DNA of 64,000 nucleotides, taken from positions 7,466 through 71,465 of the IMG/VR virus record IMGVR_UViG_3300037342_000011, one strand, 5' to 3'. The stretch comes from a virus. The notes beneath the pieces are model-generated. The model had not been told where the DNA came from. It did not search any database and worked only from the letters and a program-made list of their open reading frames with translations. The number at the start of each line of letters is the position of its first letter. The stretch's first letter is position 1. A program made the position numbers and the translations under genes. Shown here piece by piece: positions 18,867 to 28,533 of this stretch.

Positions 18867-19225
18867 CTTAAAACCCTTTCCCACAAAATAAACTCCCATT
18901 CATTTGGTAATTTGCAGTTTGGTGGGGCGTTCAAAAACATAGGTGCGATTTCGTGGTCCTTATACCCGGCCAGCCCACAGCCGATTCGGGTTATATTAAA
19001 TTCAAGCTCTGGGTTAATAGTCGCGTATGTAATAAAGTCGGCCACATAGTCCCCGATCATGTCGAGCGGCAACACTTCAAGCTTCCGCCCCTTGGTAGGT
19101 ATTGCATAGGCATTGCCGGTAGGACCAACGCCAACGCCATATACTGCACCATAGTCATTCCGCGCGCATAGTGCCGCGCCCCTGCCGTGGCGGCCAGCTA
19201 AATTTGAACCGAATACAAAGATCAT
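18863..19225 (-). CDS. Conserved phage protein (macrodomain-like, IFVFGSN family)
   Basis: IFVFGSNLAGRHGRGAA...YAIPTK...TRIGCGLAG. Confidence 0.8.
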   Translation of the reverse strand: MIFVFGSNLAGRHGRGAALCARNDYGAVYGVGVGPTGNAYAIPTKGRKLEVLPLDMIGDYVADFITYATINPELEFNITRIGCGLAGYKDHEIAPMFLNAPPNCKLPNEWEFILWERVLR

Positions 19226-19440
19226 TCGGCAGCCTCCCGTGCTTTATTAAGATTTCTTATACGTTTCTCAATTATTTGAGGAATTCGTGATTTTGAACAA
19301 CCGAGCCTAGAAGCAATCTTGCTATAAACTTTACTGTCCAAACGCATCAGCCATGCGTGTTCGTAACGCGCTTCATTATAGACGCTAACTCCGCGCCAGT
19401 GGTGTTTACGCCATTCATCTTCTAGAGGATTGTCCGTCAC
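19222..19440 (-). CDS. Small HTH protein
   Basis: YSKIASRLGCSKSRIPQI sigma-R4-like HTH. Confidence 0.6.
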   Translation of the reverse strand: MTDNPLEDEWRKHHWRGVSVYNEARYEHAWLMRLDSKVYSKIASRLGCSKSRIPQIIEKRIRNLNKAREAAE

Positions 19441-21041
19441 CCCACCTTCTCCTCTACCCGTTCAAATCTTCGCGCCACCACCCTAAAATACTTGCCGTCA
19501 GGCTCCACCTGTATTTGCTTGGCCTCTTTTATTTCCCCGCGCCGCTTCAAAGCCTCGTCAACCGTTGCGGGGATAGCCCCTTGGCCTACCCGCTTCCACC
19601 AATGTTCGGCCCGTTGCCGCATAAGCCCGTGGTGCTGGAAGCCGAGCCACTCACGATGGGTTGTAAAACCACAGTGGTACTCCGCCCTAAGCGACGGCGG
19701 GCTGCCTTGTTTTTCGTGTCTATAGTAAAGCACGCGGTCAACGTCTACCCAAACCGCTTTGCCTTTGGAGAGGATTGACGTAGTCGCGTCTGCCAACGCT
19801 TCGTGCTTGTGGAGTTCGTCGCGTTCTGGCCAAAGGAAGCCGCAGTCCGGACATTCCCTTGCGGCTAACGCTACTAGCGAATGGCACTTAGGACATTCTT
19901 TGGCCAATGGTTCGGCCTTTTCGTCTTTTTCTTTACCGCTTGATTTTGCCGTTATCATATCAATAGGACCGTGAGTTTTTACAAGTCCTGCAAAATCAAG
20001 AATCAATGCGTTTTCTTTGCCTGGCGCTTTCCGCAACGCTCTTCCAGCTTGCTGAAGATAAAGTCCGGCGCTGGCCGTTGGCCTAAGTAATGCCACCAAG
20101 TCTACGGCTGGCACGTTGAAGCCAGTCGCAACTACATTCACGGACGTTAAACATCTTATATGGCCCTGACGAAACGATTGGATGATTCGATCACGTTCGT
20201 TCTTTGGGGTTTCGCCAGTCACCATCTCGCAACTAAAACCTAACGCACGGATGGCGTCTCGTACATGTTCGGCGTGTTTTACGCCGGCACAAAACGCGAG
20301 CCAACTTTTTCTGTTCTGACCGTATTCAGCAATTTCCTTCACGGCGGTCCGCACGAGCCAATCTTTATCGACTGCTATTTCGAGTTGGCCGGGGATATAT
20401 TCGCCACCTCGTTTGCCAACTCCGCTAACATCTAAAACAGTCGTGGTGGCTTTGGAAACAAGCGGGCAGAGGTAGCCTTGATCAATCAGATCAGAAACGT
20501 TCGCTTCATAGACAATTTTATCAAACAATCTGTCCTTGCCACGGTCAAGCCTCCCGCTATCCATACGCCAAGGGCTGGCCGAAAGCCCAACCATTCGCAT
20601 GTCTGGTGTTTCTTCTTTGAGTGCGGTTATGAATTTTCCATAAGTCGTTTGATTGTTTTTTGAGACAAGATGAACTTCATCAATCAAAAGAATATCAAAG
20701 CCGCCAATCAGCCTTGTTTTATTCCATACTGATTGTATCCCGGCGATTAGAATTTGTGTGCGCGTATCGCGCTTTGAAAGTCCTGCGCTAAAAAGACCAG
20801 CCGGAGCGTTTGGCCACAGTTTTATTAGTTCTTGATAGTTCTGAAGCAAGAGTTCACGAATGTGACTGACAACACAAATGCGCAACGTGGGATATTGACC
20901 TATTATTTCTTGACAAATCGCGGCAAGCACCAAACTTTTCCCAGCCCCAGTCGGAAGAACGATCAAACCGTGACCACCACCGCCATTCCAATAGGCGCGG
21001 AGGGCGTCGATGCTGGCGCGTTGATAATTTCTAAGTTGCAT
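19437..21041 (-). CDS. Superfamily 2 DEAD/H helicase (RadD/YejH-like) with Zn ribbon
   Basis: LRNYQ, PTGAGKS, DEVH, SAS, TGFNVP, QQAGRALR, CPKC...CPDC. Confidence 0.92.
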   Translation of the reverse strand: MQLRNYQRASIDALRAYWNGGGGHGLIVLPTGAGKSLVLAAICQEIIGQYPTLRICVVSHIRELLLQNYQELIKLWPNAPAGLFSAGLSKRDTRTQILIAGIQSVWNKTRLIGGFDILLIDEVHLVSKNNQTTYGKFITALKEETPDMRMVGLSASPWRMDSGRLDRGKDRLFDKIVYEANVSDLIDQGYLCPLVSKATTTVLDVSGVGKRGGEYIPGQLEIAVDKDWLVRTAVKEIAEYGQNRKSWLAFCAGVKHAEHVRDAIRALGFSCEMVTGETPKNERDRIIQSFRQGHIRCLTSVNVVATGFNVPAVDLVALLRPTASAGLYLQQAGRALRKAPGKENALILDFAGLVKTHGPIDMITAKSSGKEKDEKAEPLAKECPKCHSLVALAARECPDCGFLWPERDELHKHEALADATTSILSKGKAVWVDVDRVLYYRHEKQGSPPSLRAEYHCGFTTHREWLGFQHHGLMRQRAEHWWKRVGQGAIPATVDEALKRRGEIKEAKQIQVEPDGKYFRVVARRFERVEEKVG

Positions 21042-21666
21042 GTTTAAGCCGCCACTTAGAAATAATTTCTTCAAAGGATTTTCCCTTTCTAATCAAAAAT
21101 CCAATATATACTTTTGAGTAGGCCACTTCTGGGTGCTGTGTCATAAATGCAAACAACCCATCTTTATTATATTTATCTGCTTTGTTCTTTTGCTGCTCTG
21201 AAGATGTGGCCCATCTACAATTTGATGGTTCGTAATTTCCATCGTTATTAATGCGGTCTAGTGTTTTACCTAGCGGCCTTTCGCCCATGTCTCGTAAAAA
21301 ATTAGGAAATTCTTGCCAAGCATCGCAAACGGTTATTTCGCGCTTAACGTAATGCTCAAAGTTTGTACCGCTTTTAGCGGCGCACCTATGTTTCATGGCG
21401 CTCCATGAGGTCCATGTTGGCGATTGATTTCCTCGCCCAGCCCGGTTGTGTCCATGGACAGTGTTGCGCGCTATGGCTTTTGCTCTATTTACTTCTCTAA
21501 TAAGGCAACCGCATGAACGAGTGCGTCGAAGACCTGATGTTGAAACTACTGTTTTATTTCCGCAGTCACAAACGCACAACCATTGTTTTTTACGTTTTTT
21601 GGTTGGAGCGACAGCAACAACTGTCAAGCGTCCTATTTTTTGATTAAGTAAATTTACAATTTTCAT
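21031..21666 (-). CDS. HNH homing endonuclease
   Basis: GRLTV...CVCDCG...SCGC...WSAMKHRC...TLDRINNDGNYEPSNCRWAT. Confidence 0.85.
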   Translation of the reverse strand: MKIVNLLNQKIGRLTVVAVAPTKKRKKQWLCVCDCGNKTVVSTSGLRRTRSCGCLIREVNRAKAIARNTVHGHNRAGRGNQSPTWTSWSAMKHRCAAKSGTNFEHYVKREITVCDAWQEFPNFLRDMGERPLGKTLDRINNDGNYEPSNCRWATSSEQQKNKADKYNKDGLFAFMTQHPEVAYSKVYIGFLIRKGKSFEEIISKWRLKHAT

Positions 21667-21815
21667 CTTCTTTGCCCCTCCATGGGCTGTTGATGCGCGC
21701 CGAGTAATTTCCAATGGAGTGGGAAAACGGGGATCAAGCCGCTGTCCTCGGCGCGCAGTTAGTATAGCTTGCGTTTGCATTTAGGCAAGTGCTTTGCTTT
21801 TATAGACGCTATTGT

Positions 21816-21962
21816 CTACTTTGGTCTCCTCTCAGCTTCCCCACAAAAATAACACTCATCATCCTCCGGCTCATTCCAAGCGTTGCATTCAACGCAGCGC
21901 CACATATCCTGTTTGTTTCTAGGAACAGGCGGGGCGGATGTTGGGTCGCGGCTAAGGGGCAT
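21816..21962 (-). CDS. Small Zn-ribbon protein (RanBP2-like)
   Basis: WRCVECNAWN...CYFCG. Confidence 0.5.
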   Translation of the reverse strand: MPLSRDPTSAPPVPRNKQDMWRCVECNAWNEPEDDECYFCGEAERRPK

Positions 21963-21967
21963 TGTGG

Positions 21968-22150
21968 TTATCCTTCAGGGATTATCAGTACGCGGTTAAT
22001 TGTTGGATCGCCGCAGATATTCATTTGCAGTTGGATTAAAGCGCCGTCCTCGGCGTCCTCAATTTGTTTAATTTGTTCCGCCGACAAGCGGTCCCGGTAA
22101 GCATCAGTTGCTTCCGAACGCTCGTGCGGCTCAATCCAAATAGCAATCAC
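21968..22150 (-). CDS. Hypothetical protein
   Basis: GTG start with GGGGAG SD. Confidence 0.5.
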   Translation of the reverse strand: MIAIWIEPHERSEATDAYRDRLSAEQIKQIEDAEDGALIQLQMNICGDPTINRVLIIPEG

Positions 22151-22229
22151 GGCCTGCGCTCCCCCATCAAAACCGCTACTAGCAACAGTACTAACAAAGC
22201 GCCGGCAAACACGGCAGCAAACGCTACAA

Positions 22230-23186
22230 TCATATGCCTTCTCCCGCCCCATCCACCCACTCCGTTCCATCTTTCATCTTATACTTAACCCAACGCTCTT
22301 TTTCGTTGGCGTCAATTTGTTCTCCGTTAACGAGACTCGGCAAAAATAAATGCTTACCGCAGCCCTTCTGTTGCTCGTCATAACTCAATTCCCGGTCAAA
22401 CAGCGTACACCTAACCGTTGCCCCCGACTCCAAGCTTGCCGAAATGCAAGTGCGGCAATTTCTTCTAGCCCATTCGCCTTCATGGCAAACCCCCCTAGAA
22501 GGGCACCATGAGCAGGGGAAGGCAGCTTTTGCCGTAGGGTCCTCGAACAACTTAGGCGGCGCCGCGTCTTGCTTGACGATATATTCCACCTTGGCTTCGG
22601 CTCTAAGGCAAAACGCCGCGTCATACTCCACTCTCTCACAATAAAGTTCATCGGTGTTTTTGTTGACCGCAACATAAAGCGCCCTAGTCAAGTTTTCGGC
22701 GTGCATATACATTTGGCATTGGGCGTAGTGGTCGGGCTTGCTGGCTTGCAGTTTTTTCTTCAAAAGGTCTTTGAAACTTTTGTCATTGTGGCTTTTACAT
22801 TCAACCACATGCACCGCAACAGGAGCCTCGGGAATGTTGGTTGCGCGACCGTCTAATTTGCCGCGCAACCATCCATCCGCCAGCGAGACGCGAAACTGCT
22901 TGCCGGTAGCCGGGTCTAGGCGTTCAACAACTATGCCTGCTCTTTCCAAATCGTTTAATAGCCGGTCCTCTTCAATGTTGCCGGTATCAAAGCGGCGCTG
23001 TTTTTGGCCGGTGATAAATTCGGGAGGGTTGGCCCATCTAAGAGTGTACCAAGTTTTCCGATCACAGGGTTCGGCTACCAGCGACACGGGGATGCCGCGT
23101 GAGTCTGAATGGGATTTGGTATTGGATTCGTAGCCTTCCCAAATAGCTAGGACGGTATGGGAAATAGGTTCTGGAAGTTCGGGCAT
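22230..23186 (-). CDS. Cas4-like PD-(D/E)XK exonuclease
   Basis: PCDRKTWY, GKLDG, VECKS, HYAQCQMYM, CSWCPSRGVC. Confidence 0.88.
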   Translation of the reverse strand: MPELPEPISHTVLAIWEGYESNTKSHSDSRGIPVSLVAEPCDRKTWYTLRWANPPEFITGQKQRRFDTGNIEEDRLLNDLERAGIVVERLDPATGKQFRVSLADGWLRGKLDGRATNIPEAPVAVHVVECKSHNDKSFKDLLKKKLQASKPDHYAQCQMYMHAENLTRALYVAVNKNTDELYCERVEYDAAFCLRAEAKVEYIVKQDAAPPKLFEDPTAKAAFPCSWCPSRGVCHEGEWARRNCRTCISASLESGATVRCTLFDRELSYDEQQKGCGKHLFLPSLVNGEQIDANEKERWVKYKMKDGTEWVDGAGEGI

Positions 23187-23187
23187 T

Positions 23188-23508
23188 TTAATCCTTCAAA
23201 GCGTTGTCACAAGCCAAATCATAGCCGTCGCCGTCAATCCAATCTTGCGCCCATTGCCAAACTTGATCCTTCGTTGGGTCTAGCCCATCGCCGTCGATTA
23301 GCTTGGCGTCCAGTGCCTCTACCTCTGCCGGTTCTGCTGGCCAGCCTGGATCACCGTTGCGCTGATACATGACCGCTGGTGAACCTTTTGTAAAATCATA
23401 TTCAATTCGAACCGTTGGGTAAGCCACCTCAAATTCATCATCCGGCAGGCCCATGCCAGCCGGTTTGAACTTGACCTCAATCTCGGCGTCGATTGTGTGC
23501 CTGCTCAT
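23188..23508 (-). CDS. Acidic hypothetical protein
   Basis: ACACAGGAG RBS then MSRHTIDAE...GDPGWPAEPAEVE. Confidence 0.7.
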   Translation of the reverse strand: MSRHTIDAEIEVKFKPAGMGLPDDEFEVAYPTVRIEYDFTKGSPAVMYQRNGDPGWPAEPAEVEALDAKLIDGDGLDPTKDQVWQWAQDWIDGDGYDLACDNALKD

Positions 23509-23629
23509 TACTGGCTCCTGTGTAAATTCAAATCCCCCGGTTCGATCTGGGGCTGGGGGGCAGCAGTAAATCGAACCGGGGGCATCCAAGCGCGGCGCGG
23601 GGCGACGGCAAAGCCGCTTCGCGTCGTGC

Positions 23630-24196
23630 TTAGAAAGGAATCTCGTCGTCCATTTCTTGTTGCGTTTTGGCAGCAGCCTTCGGCTGGTTCCAAGGCTTTG
23701 CGCCCGTAGCTGGCCGCCCTTGGGCAGCCGACGGCCCCCTAGCGGCAGGCGCGGCTTGCCTGGAGGCAGCGTTGCCCGCAGCGGGGGCCGTCTTGGCACC
23801 TACCGCGTACCGCACCGTATTTTGCGGGCCGTATTGGCCGGTCTTGTCTTGGCGGATGCCTACCTTGACGGACAGCGGTTTGAAGTGAAGTTCGTCGGTG
23901 TCACGAAGCTGAGCGATACCGATTTGCAAACACAAATCGGCCAACGCACGTTGAGCAATTTGCTGAGCTTGCGGGTTATCATTTCGCACGTTGAGACGAT
24001 CCCAAAGCCGGCGGTTGGCGTATTCACCGTCGATGATTTCCAAGGTCAGAACGAGCATTTGTCCTGAGCCAGACTTGGTGTCCTCAATTTTGCTTTCGAT
24101 GATTTGAACGTTGTAGACGCCGACCGGGATAGGTTCGAAGCTACGCTCGTCCTCGGGCACGTCTGAGGGTGCAAAGGTTTCTGGAAGTGCTACCAT
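23630..24196 (-). CDS. ssDNA-binding protein (DUF669 family)
   Basis: FEPIPVGVY...GEYANRRLWDRLN; acidic DDEIPF tail. Confidence 0.85.
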   Translation of the reverse strand: MVALPETFAPSDVPEDERSFEPIPVGVYNVQIIESKIEDTKSGSGQMLVLTLEIIDGEYANRRLWDRLNVRNDNPQAQQIAQRALADLCLQIGIAQLRDTDELHFKPLSVKVGIRQDKTGQYGPQNTVRYAVGAKTAPAAGNAASRQAAPAARGPSAAQGRPATGAKPWNQPKAAAKTQQEMDDEIPF

Positions 24197-24223
24197 AGGG
24201 ATATTCCTTTTGAGGGAAGAGGG

Positions 24224-25051
24224 TTAAGCGGCTTTGGTTTTTGCAGCGGTCTTGGTTGGTTCCGGCTTGGCTTCTTCAACAGCTTTGCCAAGCAAATACG
24301 GCGCAAGAGCTTCGTAGCCTTTACCGCGCTCGTATAGAATCTTTTCCGGCAAATCGTAACGGTTGCCTGCCGCGTAAGCTGGGCGCGAACTTGTATTCAT
24401 CCAAACATTGCGACCGCCATCGGCACGCGCCCTGCTTTTGCTAAAACCCTGTTCCTCGGTCTTGATAGTAACATCAGGCTTTAACAAAATAATTGCATCG
24501 CTTTCGCGCTTTAGATAGTCACGCGCCTTTTCGTGTAAATCAATTTCGTAGCGGCTGTACGCGACGGTTTCCGGATCGTCGAACCGTTCGATCTTGGAAT
24601 GGGCGATCAAGATTACACCCATGCCCCTATCGCGGCGGAGGGCCATGATGCCTTCCATAAATTCTTGCCAGACAATAAGCGCGTACTGATATCCTTTTCC
24701 GTAGCCAAAGTCTTCTATCCTGTTTTTCTTGACGCCCTTGTCGTCGCCGCGCTGGCCGGTCTCGGCCCAGATTAAAGGCTGTAACGCGGTTACGCTATCG
24801 ACCACCACGTTTTGAAATTTATGTTCTTCTTGATAAAGCGCGGTAATTGCGTCCATCACCTCGGCGTAGCTTTGCAACTTGCCAAAGCTATCGAACTTGA
24901 GCTTGCCAGCGCCTTCTTCGGTTTGCAGAAAAACCGCGTTTGGAAATTCGGCGGCTAACGTGGTCTTACCGCCCTTTTCAGGGCCGTAAATTAGCAAGCG
25001 CGGTGGCTCTATAACCCCGGCCTTGCGTAGTGACTTCATCGATATAGCCAT
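24224..25051 (-). CDS. AAA_24/Sak4-like ATPase recombinase
   Basis: LIYGPEKGGKTT, VVDSVT, GYGKGY, ILIAHS. Confidence 0.88.
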   Translation of the reverse strand: MAISMKSLRKAGVIEPPRLLIYGPEKGGKTTLAAEFPNAVFLQTEEGAGKLKFDSFGKLQSYAEVMDAITALYQEEHKFQNVVVDSVTALQPLIWAETGQRGDDKGVKKNRIEDFGYGKGYQYALIVWQEFMEGIMALRRDRGMGVILIAHSKIERFDDPETVAYSRYEIDLHEKARDYLKRESDAIILLKPDVTIKTEEQGFSKSRARADGGRNVWMNTSSRPAYAAGNRYDLPEKILYERGKGYEALAPYLLGKAVEEAKPEPTKTAAKTKAA

Positions 25052-25128
25052 TTAACTCTCCTTTGATGGACTGCCCCTGTGTGAATGAGGAAAGGAAGGA
25101 ATAGGGGTCAGGAGAACCATCGTACCGG

Positions 25129-25374
25129 CTATGCCGGCGTTCCAACCTCACTTGTAACTGTTTGAATTTTTGCATTGATACCAAGCGAGCGCAAAGCTTT
25201 TTTAATTTTCTGCGCTTCGGCTTTGGTTTCACACTCCCATCCTATATCGCGCTGATCGCTATCGAGCCATTGGCCGGAAAAGTCGGTTGGCCTTCCGGCA
25301 ACTTTCTCAGCGGGCGCATCAAGTTGAAACTTGCCGTCGTTTTGGTAGCTGGCGTGAACGTCAAAGCGTTTCAT
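25129..25374 (-). CDS. Hypothetical protein
   Basis: 81 aa, ATGA overlap. Confidence 0.6.
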   Translation of the reverse strand: MKRFDVHASYQNDGKFQLDAPAEKVAGRPTDFSGQWLDSDQRDIGWECETKAEAQKIKKALRSLGINAKIQTVTSEVGTPA

Positions 25375-25763
25375 AACAACCCCTTCGTGCTAATATGTAT
25401 ATTCGGCCTAAACACTTCTAAATCAATCAACAAACTAATTGCCGCCTCAAGCCCAAACGCCACTAAATAAATGCCACCAGCACGCTCCAAATCTTCTTTG
25501 AACTGGTGCTGCGCCTTCGACATAGCCCCTATCTCGGTCTTCAATTCCAATCCAATAAACTGTCCCGCTTTGATGAACATCAGGTCAGCCGCTCCGGTCC
25601 GCACGCCTTGCTGCTTTAGCCGCTGGCCGGTTTTGGCGGAACGTTGTTCGCCATTGGGGCAGGCGAACCAACAGATATTGGGTTTGGCGTAGGAGTTGAG
25701 AAGCTTTGCAATGTGGGTTTGCAAAGTAGCTTCAGACATTTTTGCTTTGCGTTTGGTAGGCAT
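25371..25763 (-). CDS. VRR-NUC domain nuclease
   Basis: EATLQ...PNG...GVRTGAADL...LELK...Q. Confidence 0.85.
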   Translation of the reverse strand: MPTKRKAKMSEATLQTHIAKLLNSYAKPNICWFACPNGEQRSAKTGQRLKQQGVRTGAADLMFIKAGQFIGLELKTEIGAMSKAQHQFKEDLERAGGIYLVAFGLEAAISLLIDLEVFRPNIHISTKGLL

Positions 25764-26140
25764 CAGGCTATCTCTTCAAACCAAACGCTTTCGCTGTAGT
25801 AGCCATTCGACGAACCGAACCAGCGAATGTCCACGCTGCCATTGATCGTTCGCAGCTTGTAGAACGTCCAAGTTTGGCTCTCGGGCTGATATTCGTGCTT
25901 GAAGCCTTCCGGCTCTTTGTCGCTGACGGCTTCCTCGGCCAGCAAGATAGGCGTGCCGATTAGGTCCGCGAGGTCGCCAATCACGTCCTCGACGGCAACG
26001 CTCTCGCAGCAATCTTGATGGTGCAGCATGACAAACTTTTTGCCGTCATCGCATTCAATCTCAACGCGCTCTTTGTCGTCACTGACCTTGATGCTCTTGA
26101 GCGTCTTACCTTGAAGGTCTGAAAATTTAATGTTTGACAT
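25763..26140 (-). CDS. Conserved phage hypothetical protein
   Basis: HHQDCCESV...TWTFYKLRT...RWFGSSNGYYSE; own promoter and ACACAGGAG RBS. Confidence 0.8.
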   Translation of the reverse strand: MSNIKFSDLQGKTLKSIKVSDDKERVEIECDDGKKFVMLHHQDCCESVAVEDVIGDLADLIGTPILLAEEAVSDKEPEGFKHEYQPESQTWTFYKLRTINGSVDIRWFGSSNGYYSESVWFEEIA

Positions 26141-26162
26141 AGTAGCTCCTGTGTCTGCCCAA

Positions 26163-26192
26163 AGCCTAGCTTATTTTTACCGCCCAACGCAA
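26163..26192 (-). promoter_or_regulatory. Sigma70-like promoter
   Basis: TTGCGT-N18-TAGGCT followed by ACACAGGAG RBS. Confidence 0.5.
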
Positions 26193-26235
26193 GACGCTAC
26201 TAATAGCGGTTCGTGGGTTTGGAGGCCCTAGACCT

Positions 26236-26577
26236 TTAACCAGCACCCCACCCCATATCGGTTAGCATTTCCTTCAATATAGCTTTAGCTCCTATGCACG
26301 AAACCAAAGCTTGGTGCGTGTAAGCCGACGCGCCGAACTGATAAGCTTGCACGGCTTTGTAGTAACAAGCTTCAGCCGCACCAACAGCCAACAAAACGTC
26401 AACGTTCTTTCTCACAGACGCAAGAATAGCCGCCCTCACCTCCGGATCAACTTCGCCAGCCGCGTCTCTCGGTATGTTCCTAGACAACGCTTCTAAATCC
26501 AGAACCACAAAACGCAGCTTAGGCTTCGGCTTTTCCTCTTGGGCCAATGGCCCATTCCAAAAAAGCCCTTCACTCAT
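26236..26577 (-). CDS. Hypothetical protein
   Basis: ORF from MSEGLFW, directly after clamp gene. Confidence 0.55.
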   Translation of the reverse strand: MSEGLFWNGPLAQEEKPKPKLRFVVLDLEALSRNIPRDAAGEVDPEVRAAILASVRKNVDVLLAVGAAEACYYKAVQAYQFGASAYTHQALVSCIGAKAILKEMLTDMGWGAG

Positions 26578-26579
26578 TT

Positions 26580-27545
26580 TTATTTCCGCCCAACTACATA
26601 CCCGGCTAATAGCTTGCCACGAAACGGCACTGGTGCTGGCCACATTTTAGGGCTCCAGGAGTCCGCCACCATCAAAGCTGGTGCAAGAAACCTAGCGCCC
26701 CAGGTCGAACAGCCGCCTTCCGGCGTTTCGCATTTGCTTTCGCTTTCAATTTCAGCTTTGCCAAACTTGCTTTCAATTCGATCAGCATAAATCATAATTG
26801 TGTCTTCGGCTAGTTCAGCAATTTCCTTGAACGCGGTTCTAAAATCTTCTGTTATTTCTTGGGTTGGTTTTTCGTCAAAAGCACTGCGCACCAAGGCAGC
26901 GGCCTTTTCAGGGAACTGCCCGATTACAAGCTGCGAACGCATCCAGGCTTTATTGAACCACTTGAACGCAACATAGTTGTCAGTCCATGCCCAGTGAGTT
27001 AGTCCTTCTTCTCGACCTAAAAGAAAATCGACGGCCCAAGGCGGCAGTAACGCCATGATTTCGCCTAGTTCGTCACATTTTGCGCCGGCAATCGCCACGT
27101 TATTTGTGGCATAGGCAAAGCCGTTTTCCAGCGCAATACATTGTGAAGCTTGCCGCGAGGGGTCGTCGGAAACAAAGGCGCGAAGTTGTTTTAATAGCGG
27201 GAGCAATTCAGTCGGTATTTTTTTCCACTTGGCTTCGTCAACGCCGGGATGCGACCAATCAGTGAGCGGCAGGGTTTGAATTGTACCTGATAGGCGTCCC
27301 GACTTTAATTTTATGTTACCTTCCCCCGCACTGATTGTCGGGTTATCGGGCATTCTTTTCAGAACCTTTTCAAATTCCACGCCCGGAACCAGGAAGCCGT
27401 CGTTGCCAAAACGCCAAGGATAGGACGCTGTAATGTTTCCGTCCGTGGCACTAATCATACCATCGGCCACGCGATAGTAGGTCATCGACGCGCCAATGTC
27501 CTTGGTAGCCAAGGCGGCGTTTAGCCATGTGATCGTGGTTTTCAT
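26580..27545 (-). CDS. DNA polymerase beta-clamp-like protein
   Basis: 321 aa; repeated ATDG/ATN and FP motifs spaced as in DnaN-fold phage proteins. Confidence 0.65.
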   Translation of the reverse strand: MKTTITWLNAALATKDIGASMTYYRVADGMISATDGNITASYPWRFGNDGFLVPGVEFEKVLKRMPDNPTISAGEGNIKLKSGRLSGTIQTLPLTDWSHPGVDEAKWKKIPTELLPLLKQLRAFVSDDPSRQASQCIALENGFAYATNNVAIAGAKCDELGEIMALLPPWAVDFLLGREEGLTHWAWTDNYVAFKWFNKAWMRSQLVIGQFPEKAAALVRSAFDEKPTQEITEDFRTAFKEIAELAEDTIMIYADRIESKFGKAEIESESKCETPEGGCSTWGARFLAPALMVADSWSPKMWPAPVPFRGKLLAGYVVGRK

Positions 27546-27546
27546 T

Positions 27547-28533
27547 TTAGGTAAGCTCCTGTGTTTCGTAAACGTTCAGCTTGATTTCGTCTGTTCGCTT
27601 GTCTACGTCGTCTATGTTTCTTATGGCTTGCTTGAAGTAGCTCGTTTTCAATTCCATGCCAAGCGCGCGACGACCATTGCGTAACGCGCTATAAACCTCG
27701 GAGCCAACGCCCATGAACGGCGTCAATATAGTCTCTCCTGGGTTACTCCATAAGGTAACGCACCGTTCAATCACGTCTAGCTGCAATGGATGGACGTGCT
27801 TTTCGTCGTCCTGATCCTTGGATTGTTTGAACGGCAGAACATTTTCAATCCGAACATCGTCCCAAAAGGCGCTGGCGTATTGTCGCCAGATCCAATGAGA
27901 ATACCTATTTTCAATTTGATTGCCGGTATAGCCTCGAAATTTCAGCAACTCGTTTGGGATCTGCCGCGAACCTGCATACCGGTCTAATCCTGTCGGGTGC
28001 GCGATTGGAATTTGATTTTCACCCTTGCGGCGAAAAACCAAAAGATAGTCAGCCGAAGCAACGCTGCAACGCGAACTATCGTCCACGATACTTTTATGAG
28101 CTAGATTTTTTGCCATCGTGCGATTGCGAACGGCAAGCGGTTCTTTCCAGACTACGTACCGAGCAATATACCGAAATCCTTCTTTTTCATGTAGCCGTAT
28201 AATGTCGCCGGGAAAATCGATTAAGTGGTCCGTCCCGGAATTGCCGCTAGGCACGTCCATACAATGAACGGCAGTCATGCGCCCTGGTAGCGTGAGACGA
28301 AATATCTGTTGAATTACAAAAGAATAGTGATCGAAAAACTGATTGTAATTTATGCAGTTCGACAAATCGCGGTCGTTACTGGAATAATTGTAAAGTGCGC
28401 CGCCAGACGTGGCGAACGGCGGACTGTAAATTGACATGTGAACCGACTCGTCAGGCAATGACTGCATGACTTCAATACAATCCCCATTATAGATTGCGTA
28501 CTTGTCGGATATTTTTTGACTGATTACAGCCAT
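27547..28533 (-). CDS. DNA N4-C/N6-A methyltransferase
   Basis: GDC...SPPF motif IV; HPLQ...TPFMGVGSE motif I. Confidence 0.9.
   Translation of the reverse strand: MAVISQKISDKYAIYNGDCIEVMQSLPDESVHMSIYSPPFATSGGALYNYSSNDRDLSNCINYNQFFDHYSFVIQQIFRLTLPGRMTAVHCMDVPSGNSGTDHLIDFPGDIIRLHEKEGFRYIARYVVWKEPLAVRNRTMAKNLAHKSIVDDSSRCSVASADYLLVFRRKGENQIPIAHPTGLDRYAGSRQIPNELLKFRGYTGNQIENRYSHWIWRQYASAFWDDVRIENVLPFKQSKDQDDEKHVHPLQLDVIERCVTLWSNPGETILTPFMGVGSEVYSALRNGRRALGMELKTSYFKQAIRNIDDVDKRTDEIKLNVYETQELT

Noticed and set aside
22230-23186. CRISPR-Cas system from the Cas4-like gene
   Set aside because: No repeat-spacer array or other cas genes; standard exonuclease-SSB-Sak4 recombination module
23509-23799. 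N-terminal extension of the 203-aa ORF
   Set aside because: Overlaps the SSB gene and hairpins; real start is ATG 23508 with ACACAGGAG
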